DNA of 64,000 nucleotides. Source: Candidatus Latescibacterota bacterium (GTDB lineage Bacteria; Latescibacterota; UBA2968; GCA-2709665). Made by a program: the position numbers and the translations under genes. Positions 20,023 through 28,765 of the stretch are shown in pieces (positions within the stretch are counted from its first letter, which is position 1; every line of letters starts with the position of its first letter). The stretch covers positions 2,624,001 to 2,688,000 of the forward strand of contig OZ244937.1 of assembly GCA_965222075.1 (NCBI GenBank). The letters run 5' to 3'. Under the pieces are notes generated by a model. The model was not told the origin of the DNA. It did not search any database and saw nothing but the letters and a program-made list of their open reading frames with translations.

Positions 20023-20420
20023 GCTCTCTCAGCTTCTATTGGATTCCTTTTGAGCTCACCCATTCCCCTTGTTTGGGGAGAAGCTTAACTGTACAACTTA
20101 AACAGCACTGGCATATCGTCTACCCGTTCACTCTCAACCTGGATATTCTGGTATCATGCCAGAAATTTACTAAATTCTCGATTTCTTCTCAAGAAATACG
20201 CGAACGGGGGTATCTTCTACATCTTCGTGCAACAAAGCCGACCTCCTTCATATTCAGAAACAACATCCACACGGAGCTTCTGTCCTTTGCAATTTGATAT
20301 TCCCCTTGACATCTCTTATTGATTCGTATAGATTCCATGCCCCAAAAAAGGGTTAGATAGAAGTTTGGATTTAAAATGAGCACATGTAAGTAATTGAAAA
20401 TTAAGCAGTTTGTAATAGGT

Positions 20421-20494
20421 GGGCGATTAGCTCAGGCGGTTAGAGTGCCTGCTTGACATGCAGGAGGTCACTGGTTCAAGTCCAGTATCGCCCA
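20421..20494 (+). tRNA. tRNA-Val(GAC)
   Basis: GGGCGAT/ATCGCCC acceptor stem, anticodon loop TTGACAT, TTCAA T-loop. Confidence 0.95.
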
Positions 20495-20518
20495 CATCAA
20501 GTCCAGTATCGCCCACCA
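20476..20518 (+). repeat. Tandem duplication of the tRNA-Val 3' end (att-like)
   Basis: TCAAGTCCAGTATCGCCCAC at 20476-20495 and 20497-20516; only the second copy ends in CCA. Confidence 0.9.
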
Positions 20519-20531
20519 TAAGATACCATAA

Positions 20532-20567
20532 AATAGCGGCTTATGTGCTTCAGCATAAGCCGCTATT
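20532..20567 (+). terminator. Hairpin downstream of tRNA-Val
   Basis: AATAGCGGCTTATG / CATAAGCCGCTATT 14-bp stem. Confidence 0.6.
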
Positions 20568-20709
20568 CGGGTTTTAAAACGTTTAAAAAACCCGCGACCG
20601 ATTCCACCGCGACCGGCGGGACTTCGTGATCCAGCCCGGCGATACAGGCAAGCCGGAGGACTATCCGGTCAACCCGGCATATCAAAGTTGAATCACCTGG
20701 GGGTAACTT

Positions 20710-21761
20710 ATGACTGACGATGCCACGTTGATGGCTTATCTGGTTCCAAGGCTCACCAGACAAGTCGAAAATGCCGCCACTGACGCACTCGGCTACATCC
20801 TTAATCAGTCCACCGGTGCCATGCAGGCGTTGAACGACCTGTTCCGGGAAGGCAGCTTCGACATTGAGCCGATCGCCAAGGTGGAAACCCAGGTGACTTA
20901 CGAAGATGGTTCCCGGCCCGACATGGCTGGCTATGACAAGAACAACGTGAAGCGCCTGCTCATTGAAGCGAAGTTTTGGGCTGCCCTCCGAGAAGATCAA
21001 GCGAGCGGGTATGCCCGCCAGTTTGACCGACCCGGCCCGGCGGCGCTGCTGTTCATTTCTCCCGAGCTGAGAATGCAGACATTGTGGGCTGAGATAGAAC
21101 GGCAGATGGCAAAGGAGAGCAGACTGGAACCCATCGACTCGGCTCCGGGAGTACGGAGAGCCAGGGTGACCTGGACAGAACTAAGCGACACGGAGCTACG
21201 GTTGATGCTGGTCAGCTGGGTCCGACTGCTCGACAGGATGGAAGCTATGGCAGGCGATGATGGTGTCAAATCAGACATTAGACAACTTCGAGGGCTGGCT
21301 CAGGTACAAGATGCGCAGGCGTTCTTGCCGATTCACTCCGAAGAACTGAGCCCCACCCTCGGACGTCGAGTTGTTTGGTACAACCAACTTGTCGACGACG
21401 TGGTCGGTGTCAGAGGAGTTCGAGATGGGTGGATGGACACCAGGGGACTGAAAGCAACGTCACAACGGTATGGGTACGGGCGGTATTTCCGCTTCTCTGG
21501 CATGTCAAACGTAGACTTCTGGTTCGGAGTCAACCATGAACGGTGGGCTAAAAAGGGAGATACTCCTTTATGGCTCCACGTCGGCGTCCCGGTATCGATG
21601 TAAACATGGATGAAATCGGTAAAGAACTGAACGTACAGTTCCAAGACCGCTGGGTCCCAATTCATCTCAAAGCAGGCGTGGAATATCCTGAAGTTCTGGA
21701 CGATGTGGTGTCGCAGTTGAGGGTGATAGCCAGGAATTGTAGGGACTCATCTGCCGAGTGA
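20710..21761 (+). pseudogene. PD-(D/E)XK nuclease-like gene, apparently frameshifted near 21590
   Basis: RPDMAG...LIEAKFWA motif in ORF 20710-21603; protein-like continuation (IDVNMDEIGKEL...PIHLKAGVEYPEVLDDVVSQL) in overlapping ORF 21570-21761. Confidence 0.55.
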
Positions 21762-21845
21762 GTAATCGCTTAAGGGAACGGATATACCTGTTCGTCCCTC
21801 GCTTCCAGATAGTCGCTCAGAGGGGTCAGCCCAGTTCTCCAGTCA

Positions 21846-21936
21846 TGAGACCTCCGGCAAAGCCGGAGGCTTGCAAACCGTGAACCGCTCAAAGCGGTTA
21901 CCACCTACCGCCACCTGAAGGTGGCGCTCACTTAAA
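21846..21936 (-). mobile_element. IS200/IS605-like right-end remnant (three stacked hairpins, no transposase)
   Basis: CCTCCGGCaaaGCCGGAGG, AACCGCtcaaaGCGGTT, CGCCACCtgaaGGTGGCG; minus-strand TTT AAG TGA resembles a tnpA end. Confidence 0.5.
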
Positions 21937-21956
21937 TGAGAGCCGTGCATAATTCA

Positions 21957-22140
21957 CCTGCCTGCGCAGCGTCCTGCGCTGCAGGCAGGGATGGCTGAGG
22001 AAAGGTTTTACGCGATCCAACCTGCCTGTGCGTTGCGCGCAGCGCGCAAGCAGGCAGACAGGCGCACAGTGCGGGGTTTGACCCTCCCCGGGTCAAACCA
22101 CCACCGCGAACAATCTGCTGTCCTCTGCTGAGCGGCAGGC
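21957..22140. repeat. Cluster of REP-like palindromes
   Basis: CCTGCCTGC..GCAGGCAGG, CCTGCCTG..CAGGCAGACAGG, GGTTTGACCC..GGGTCAAACC. Confidence 0.6.
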
Positions 22141-22313
22141 CACAAAGAGGGAGCGCATAATAAGACTTTCCATTTGTCGTCATTTTGTTTAAGCTTATAC
22201 GCAAGGCGTTCCCGGATGCACCGCTCATGACGCTTCCACAACCGCCGAAATCCGTTGCGCCTGCACCCACGTGTGAAAACCGACTGTCCCATAACAACCG
22301 GGAGTATAAACGT

Positions 22314-23060
22314 ATGAACCTCAGACCCAATCGCATCAAACACAAACTGGCTGAGGGCGGAACCGCCCGTATCGTCTCCGGTCTCACCCACCCCGACGAC
22401 ATCGACGCCTTTGGCCCCAACGGGTTTGACGGTGTGTGGCTGGAAGGCGAACACGGCGGTGTAGACGCCGCCGACCTGGGCAACCTCACTCGCGCCTGCG
22501 ACATCTGGGGCCTGACCTCTCTCGTGCGGGTCAATCGCAACGATCAGGCCCTCATCTACCGCACGCTCGACCGGGGCGCGCAGGGCATTGTTGTTCCCCA
22601 CGTCAACACAAAAGCAGAGGCCCAAAACGTGGTCGACGGCGGCAAATTCGCCCCCATCGGCAAGCGGGGCATGTTCACCAGTCGCCAGGGCTACGGCGTG
22701 CCCGACTATTTCAATGTCGCAAACGACGAAACCCTCCTGGTCGTCCTCATCGAAGACATCGTTGCCGTGCACAACCTGGACGAGATCCTGAGTGTGGACC
22801 ACATCGACATCTTCTTCGTTGCCCCGTCCGACCTGGCCACCTCAATGGGCCACATCGGCGACCTCCAGCACCCGGAAGTGCAGAAAACCATCGATGACGC
22901 CCTGAACCGCATCCAGGCCGCAGGCCGCACCGCCGGCACCCTGGCCGTCAACAACACCGCGGCCACCTACGCCGCCGCTGGCGTTCGCTTCCTCCTTACG
23001 CCTACCGGTCCCTGGCTGGCTGCCGGCGCGGCCGAATTCATCAGCCGCACCGGAGGGTGA
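22314..23060 (+). CDS. HpcH/HpaI class II aldolase family protein
   Basis: WLEGEHG, LVRV, LDRGAQGIVVPHV, LIED, PSDL. Confidence 0.88.
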   Translation: MNLRPNRIKHKLAEGGTARIVSGLTHPDDIDAFGPNGFDGVWLEGEHGGVDAADLGNLTRACDIWGLTSLVRVNRNDQALIYRTLDRGAQGIVVPHVNTKAEAQNVVDGGKFAPIGKRGMFTSRQGYGVPDYFNVANDETLLVVLIEDIVAVHNLDEILSVDHIDIFFVAPSDLATSMGHIGDLQHPEVQKTIDDALNRIQAAGRTAGTLAVNNTAATYAAAGVRFLLTPTGPWLAAGAAEFISRTGG

Positions 23061-23076
23061 ATCAGGCTCTTTTTTT

Positions 23077-23574
23077 ATGGAGAAAAAGATGGCACGACGC
23101 ATTGAAATCACCCTTGAAAAACGCGGCGTCAGCTGCGTCGCGGAGCTGCTCGATGACCTCGCGCCCAAAACCTGCGAAGCCCTGTGGCAGGCCCTGCCCC
23201 AGGGAGACAACGCCTTCCACGCCAGGTATGCGAACCACGAAGTCTACACCCTGGTCTCCCCCTTTGCCAACCCCGAGCCCGGCCTCGAAAACCCGACCAT
23301 CCTGCCCATCCCCGGCGACGTGCTCTATTTCTTTTTTCCCCCCGGCACCATCCCCATCCCGGACGTGCGGGAGGCCGCCTACAGCACCGGCATGGTCGAT
23401 CTCGCCATCTTCTACGACCGGGACAACTTCCTCTTCTCACCCACAACAGGGCCCGTGCCCGGCAACCGCTTCGCCACCATCACCCGGAACCTGGAAGAGA
23501 TGGCGCAGGCCTGCGACAACATCTGGCGCGAAGGCTTTGTCGGCGAAAAACTCGTCTTCCGCCGGATGGAATAA
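23077..23574 (+). CDS. DUF3830-like (cyclophilin-like fold) protein
   Basis: LLDDLAPKTCEAL..LP, HARY, ENPTILPIPGDVLY, GNRFATI. Confidence 0.7.
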   Translation: MEKKMARRIEITLEKRGVSCVAELLDDLAPKTCEALWQALPQGDNAFHARYANHEVYTLVSPFANPEPGLENPTILPIPGDVLYFFFPPGTIPIPDVREAAYSTGMVDLAIFYDRDNFLFSPTTGPVPGNRFATITRNLEEMAQACDNIWREGFVGEKLVFRRME

Positions 23575-23591
23575 GCAAAAGGAGCGCCCGC

Positions 23592-25052
23592 ATGCCAGGC
23601 AAGCCCAATATCCTTATCATCATGTCCGACCAGCACAGCAAGCACGTGCTGGGCTGTTACGGCGACCCCGTTGTGCGTACCCCCCACCTGGACCGCCTCT
23701 CGGCGGAAGGGATTCGGTTTACGAATACCTACTGCGCCTCTCCGGTCTGCTGTCCCAGCCGGATGAGCTTCATGACCGGCCGCACGCCTGCTCGCAACCG
23801 GGTCTGGAACAACCAGCAGATCCTGAATCCGGCCATCCCTACCTGGGCGCACACCCTGGGCATCACCGGCTACGAAACCAGCCTCCTCGGCCGGATGCAC
23901 TTTGAGGGACAGGACCAGTACCACGGCTTTGAAAATCGGCCCATTGGCGAAATGTTCGCCGTTCATCCCGGCGGATTCAAAGGCGAGAAGTATCCCTCCG
24001 GGCAGAGTCGGCAGGTGATGGAGCTCTCCGGCAGGGGCACCACCACCTACCAGTGGATGGACGAAAAAATTACCGATGCAACCTGCGACTACCTCAAAAA
24101 CCGGTCGGGGAAGTCGCAGAACAGACCCTTTGCCGCCGCCGTCGGCTTCGTCCTTCCTCACTGCCCCTTCATCGCCCCCAAAGACCTGTTCGATTATTAT
24201 CACAACCGCATCGACATTCCCCAAATAGAGGCCGACCAGCCCGCGATGATCCGGTGGTACCGCAAAAGTCGGGGTATCGATACTCCCTTAGACGACCGCC
24301 GGGTGCGCATCGCTCGCGCCGCCTATTATGGCCTCTGCGAATTCACCGACGCCCTCATCGGCCGCATCCTGGCCTGCTTAGACGAAACCGGCCTGGCCGA
24401 GAACACCCTGGTCGTCTACTGCTCCGACCACGGCGAAATGGCCGGCGAACACGGCTGCTGGACCAAGAATACCTACTATGAAGGCAGCGTCGGCGTGCCC
24501 CTCATCGCCCGTCTGCCCGGCACCATTGAACCCGGGCTTACCTGCGGTGCGGTCTGCAACCTCCTGGACCTCGGGCCCACCTTCGCCGACCTGGCCGGCG
24601 CAGAGACCCTGCCCGACTGGGACGGAAGCTCCCTCTGGCCCACCCTCTGCGGAAACCACCCCGCAGACTGGCCCGACGAGACCTGCAGCGAGGTCGTGGA
24701 TGGAAGCACCCGTCCTAACATCCCCTCAAGAATGATCCGCTCCGGAAAGTGGAAGCTGTGGGCCGACCAGGAAGTGCCCGGGCAGGCGCCGAACGTAGCG
24801 CTGTTCGACCTGGAAAACGACCCGCAGGAACTTCAAGACCTGAGCCGGGACCCCCGGTGCGCAGAAATCCGTCGGCAACTCCTGGAAAAAGTCTTTCACG
24901 ACTGGGATCCGGACGCCGTCCGCCGGGCTGTAGACCAAAAACGCCAGGATTACACGCTCGTCCAGGAGTGGGTGCGGGCCGTCAAGCCGGTTCTACCCGA
25001 AACTCTGCCGCCCCCACCTCCCAAAATCGAAGACGACGTGGAAATCCTGTGA
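23592..25052 (+). CDS. Sulfatase (choline-sulfatase-like, Cys-type)
   Basis: PNILIIMSDQH, CCPSR (CxPxR), GRMH, SDHGEM, YEGSVGVPLI; RBS AAGGAG. Confidence 0.92.
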   Translation: MPGKPNILIIMSDQHSKHVLGCYGDPVVRTPHLDRLSAEGIRFTNTYCASPVCCPSRMSFMTGRTPARNRVWNNQQILNPAIPTWAHTLGITGYETSLLGRMHFEGQDQYHGFENRPIGEMFAVHPGGFKGEKYPSGQSRQVMELSGRGTTTYQWMDEKITDATCDYLKNRSGKSQNRPFAAAVGFVLPHCPFIAPKDLFDYYHNRIDIPQIEADQPAMIRWYRKSRGIDTPLDDRRVRIARAAYYGLCEFTDALIGRILACLDETGLAENTLVVYCSDHGEMAGEHGCWTKNTYYEGSVGVPLIARLPGTIEPGLTCGAVCNLLDLGPTFADLAGAETLPDWDGSSLWPTLCGNHPADWPDETCSEVVDGSTRPNIPSRMIRSGKWKLWADQEVPGQAPNVALFDLENDPQELQDLSRDPRCAEIRRQLLEKVFHDWDPDAVRRAVDQKRQDYTLVQEWVRAVKPVLPETLPPPPPKIEDDVEIL

Positions 25053-25139
25053 CCGGACACCGCGCCCGGCTCTGAATCCGAACAAGGCGCTTCCGTCCAG
25101 GACCCGCCATAACACCCCTGGGTGCCCCTTTAGAAATTA

Positions 25140-25168
25140 TTGACAAAAAGGCTCTTTTTTGTTAGTTT
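25140..25168 (+). promoter_or_regulatory. sigma70-type promoter
   Basis: TTGACA-17bp-TAGTTT upstream of polyprenyl synthase. Confidence 0.45.
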
Positions 25169-25248
25169 GGAACAACTTACGGAAATTTGCCTTCAGGTCC
25201 GAGCGCGCTGTCTGGGTGCGCTCTCTTAACAACCGATCCGGACAGACG

Positions 25249-26214
25249 ATGCTCAACCAGATTATCCAACCCATTCTTCCCCAGATCCAACGCTTTGAAG
25301 AGCGTCTGAAACAGGTCCTCACCTCGGATGTGGGGCTGGTCCAGGCCATGGCCGACCACCTGGTGGAAAACCGGGGAAACCGCATTCGCCCCACCCTGTC
25401 CTTCCTCACGGCCCAGGCCATCGGGGAATGCTCCGGCCGGGTCATCGACGCCGCCATCGGCATCGAAATCATCCACAACGCAACGCTCATCCACGACGAC
25501 GTCATCGACTTCGCGGACAAGCGCCGGGGTGTGGAGGTGCTCAACCTCCTCTGGGGCAACCAGGCGGCGGTCCTGATGGGGGATTTCCTCCTGGCCAGGG
25601 CCCTCCAGATCCTGGTCGGCCTCCATTCCATGGAAGTCATGGAGGCCGCCACCCGAGCCGTCAGCCGCATGATCGAAGGTGAAATTCTCGAAATTCAGAG
25701 CGGCAGCGACGCGGAAACCGCCCTCTACTTCAGCATGATCGACAAAAAAACGGCCTCCCTGATGGCCCTCTCCTGCGAGGTCGGCGCCATCCTGGGAGGC
25801 GGCACGTCTGAACAGATCACGCAGATGTCCACCTTTGGCAAAGAGGTCGGCATCGCCTTTCAAATTACCGATGACCTGCTCGACTTCGTTGGAGACGAGG
25901 AAGTGCTCGGCAAACCGGTTGGAACCGACGTGCGGGAAAAGAAGCTGACCCTCCCCCTCCTCCGGGCGCTGGCCAACTGCCAGAACGGCGGGGGCGCTAA
26001 GATCCAGGCCAAAGTGAAAAATGGCGTAGAAACCGATGAAGACGTACAGGAAATCTTCCGTTTTGTCCATCGTTACCGGGGCATCGAAGAGGCCAGAGAA
26101 GAGGCGAGGACATACGCCAACTCAGGGCTGAAAAGCCTTGCGCCTCTGCGATTTTCAGATGCCCGGGAAGCCCTCGAACTCACGGCCCGTTATGTCGTAG
26201 ACCGCGAGCGATAG
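25249..26214 (+). CDS. Polyprenyl diphosphate synthase (IspB/HepT-like)
   Basis: HDDVID..KRRG and FQITDDLLD aspartate-rich motifs. Confidence 0.92.
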   Translation: MLNQIIQPILPQIQRFEERLKQVLTSDVGLVQAMADHLVENRGNRIRPTLSFLTAQAIGECSGRVIDAAIGIEIIHNATLIHDDVIDFADKRRGVEVLNLLWGNQAAVLMGDFLLARALQILVGLHSMEVMEAATRAVSRMIEGEILEIQSGSDAETALYFSMIDKKTASLMALSCEVGAILGGGTSEQITQMSTFGKEVGIAFQITDDLLDFVGDEEVLGKPVGTDVREKKLTLPLLRALANCQNGGGAKIQAKVKNGVETDEDVQEIFRFVHRYRGIEEAREEARTYANSGLKSLAPLRFSDAREALELTARYVVDRER

Positions 26215-26216
26215 AA

Positions 26217-28742
26217 ATGACCCGAGAAACCTTGCGAATCCTGATTGTTGCGGCAACGGTGATAGCCGCGCTCACCTTCCTCTACCCGACCTATGAGTTC
26301 TACTTTGATCCGCCAAAAAACGCGGACAAATTGGAAGAGGTCAAACGGAAGTCCATCAGTCTGGGGCTGGACCTGCAAGGCGGCATCCACCTGGTCTTAG
26401 AGGTCGATCCCAGCCAGGTCCCCGAAGCGCAGCGCCACGATGTTATGGACCGGGTCAGAGAGATCATCACCAACCGCGTGGATCAGTTCGGAGTGTCCGA
26501 GCCCATTATCCACCAGCAGGGCGACTGGCGGATTGTCGTCGAACTCGCCGGCATCCAGGATGTGGAACGGGCCAAGGCCATTATTGACAGAACCGCCCGC
26601 CTCGAATTCAAAATTCTGAAGTCCAATGCCGACCTGGCCATCCTTCTCAACAAGGTTGACACCCACCTCGCCGCCGCAGCTGACGACACGGCCAAAAAAG
26701 AATCCGGGGGCCTCTTCGAAGAAGTGCCCGAAGAGGTCAAGCACGCGTTAACAGCCTTATTCCTCCCAGGTTACAGGGAAGAGGACTTGAAGGTCTCCGT
26801 AGACAACCTGCAGACCGTGCGCCAGATCCTGAGGGAAGTCGAGCACCTGATCCCCGACGACGCGGAGTTCATCTGGGGAAGCAAAGATGAGGATTCCAGA
26901 GACGGACAGAAGTACCGCCGGCTCTATTACCTGAAGAAGCGGGTTGAGATGACCGGCGACATCGTCAAAGACGCCATCATCACAACCGGACAGTCTTTCG
27001 AATACGCCGGAATGCCCATCATCAATTTTACGACCACCGATAAGGGCGTCAACCTCTTCAAGCGCGTGACCGGCGCTCACGTGGGCGAGCAGATGGCCAT
27101 CATCCTGGATAACCAGGTCTATTCTGCGCCCACCATCCAGGTCAAAATCCGGGACGGTCGGTCCATCATCACCGGCTCCTCCACCCTGGAAGAGGCCAAA
27201 GACCTGGCCATTGTCCTGCGTGCCGGCGCCCTTCCCGTCGATGTGGTCCCCGTGGAAGATCGCACCGTGGGCCCCTCTCTGGGGCGGGACTCCATCGAAC
27301 AGGGCAAAAAGGCCGCCGCCATTGGCATGGCCCTGGTGATCGTTTTCATGGTTTTTTACTACGGCCTCTCCGGCCTGGTGGCCAACCTGGCCCTCGTCCT
27401 CAACCTGCTCTTTGTCCTGGCCGTTCTGGCCGGTTTTAGAGGCACCCTCACCCTCCCCGGCATTGCCGGGATCATCCTCACCATCGGCATGGCCGTAGAC
27501 GCCAACGTCCTCATCTTCGAACGCATCCGGGAGGAGCTCCGCACCGGGAAAACCCTCCGCCCGGCGGTCGAAAACGGCTACGACCGGGCCCTGCTCACCA
27601 TTGTCGATGCCAACCTCACCACTGTGATCACCGCCGTGGTCCTCTACCAGTTCGGCACCGGGCCCATCAAGGGCTTTGCGCTTACCCTGATGATCGGCAT
27701 CATCTCCTCGATGTTCACGGCCCTCTTCGTCACCCGCACCATTTTCAACTATATCATCCAGCGGTGGCAGCTCACCTCCATCAGCATCGGCTGGCTGACC
27801 ATCTTCCGCGAACCGAAGTTCGACTTCCTCCGCCTGCGGCGGGCCGCCTTTGCCGGGTCTGTCCTGCTCGTTCTCGTCGGTCTGAGTTCCGCCATCACCA
27901 AAGGGGGCTACAACCTGGGCATCGACTTTGCCGGAGGCACCCTCTTAGAGCTTCACTTTGATCCGCCCGTTCCCGTGGGAGAGTTGAGAGATGTGCTTGG
28001 AAGCGTCGAGATCGACGACAGGACCGCGGATCTGAGGCAGAGCGAAATCAAACAGTTCGGCCCGCCCACCGACATCCTCATCCGGGTGGAAGAGGAGGCC
28101 GAAGGCACGCAGATGGCCGATGCCATCAAAACAACGCTCAAAACCCGCTTTGCCTCCCACATCGGCGACCCGACGACGTGGCTGCGCCGCCAGGAGGCGG
28201 TCGGCCCCAAGATCGGAAGCGAGTTGAAGAGCGACGCGGTCTGGGCCATCTTCGTGTCTATGCTCCTCATCATCCTCTACATCTGGTGGCGGTTCAAACA
28301 GATCCAGTTCGGTATCGCCGCCGTCGTGGCGCTCTTCCACGACGTGCTCATCACCCTGGGGATCTTCTCCCTGATGAACAAGGAGATCTCCCTGGCCATC
28401 GTTGCCGCTCTGCTCACCATCGTAGGGTATTCGCTCAACGACACCATCGTCGTCTTTGACCGCATCCGGGAAAATTTGCGCCTCTACCGCAGGGAGAGCT
28501 ACGGCAGTGTGATCAACCGGAGCATCAACGAGTGCCTCAACCGGACCGCCCTCACCTCAGGCACAACCCTGCTGGTGGTCCTGGCGCTGCTGTCCCTGGG
28601 TGGAGAGGTGATCCACGACTTCGCCTTCGCCCTCCTCATCGGCGTGATCGTAGGGACCTACTCCTCCTCTTTCGTGGCCAGCCCCATTGTGATGGAGTGG
28701 CACACCGCCGCCGAACGCCGCAGCGCCACCCGCGCATCGTAA
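26217..28742 (+). CDS. secDF: Protein translocase SecD-SecF fusion
   Basis: LGLDLQGG, GMAVDANVLIFERIREE, GIDFAGG, GYSLNDTIVVFDRIREN. Confidence 0.96.
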   Translation: MTRETLRILIVAATVIAALTFLYPTYEFYFDPPKNADKLEEVKRKSISLGLDLQGGIHLVLEVDPSQVPEAQRHDVMDRVREIITNRVDQFGVSEPIIHQQGDWRIVVELAGIQDVERAKAIIDRTARLEFKILKSNADLAILLNKVDTHLAAAADDTAKKESGGLFEEVPEEVKHALTALFLPGYREEDLKVSVDNLQTVRQILREVEHLIPDDAEFIWGSKDEDSRDGQKYRRLYYLKKRVEMTGDIVKDAIITTGQSFEYAGMPIINFTTTDKGVNLFKRVTGAHVGEQMAIILDNQVYSAPTIQVKIRDGRSIITGSSTLEEAKDLAIVLRAGALPVDVVPVEDRTVGPSLGRDSIEQGKKAAAIGMALVIVFMVFYYGLSGLVANLALVLNLLFVLAVLAGFRGTLTLPGIAGIILTIGMAVDANVLIFERIREELRTGKTLRPAVENGYDRALLTIVDANLTTVITAVVLYQFGTGPIKGFALTLMIGIISSMFTALFVTRTIFNYIIQRWQLTSISIGWLTIFREPKFDFLRLRRAAFAGSVLLVLVGLSSAITKGGYNLGIDFAGGTLLELHFDPPVPVGELRDVLGSVEIDDRTADLRQSEIKQFGPPTDILIRVEEEAEGTQMADAIKTTLKTRFASHIGDPTTWLRRQEAVGPKIGSELKSDAVWAIFVSMLLIILYIWWRFKQIQFGIAAVVALFHDVLITLGIFSLMNKEISLAIVAALLTIVGYSLNDTIVVFDRIRENLRLYRRESYGSVINRSINECLNRTALTSGTTLLVVLALLSLGGEVIHDFAFALLIGVIVGTYSSSFVASPIVMEWHTAAERRSATRAS

Positions 28743-28765
28743 CCCAGAACCTTGTTGGGGAAAGG

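Noticed and set aside
20073-20383. Short ORFs in the AT-rich islet
   Set aside because: Fragmentary and unrecognisable; cannot be supported as genes
23184-23591. Long N-terminal extensions in the ORF track (sulfatase, CPBP, proC, ruvC, aldolase)
   Set aside because: Upstream in-frame starts overlap neighbouring genes or repeats; downstream starts fit RBS and family boundaries
26217-28742. SecD-SecF fusion
   Set aside because: Common in many bacteria; not novel
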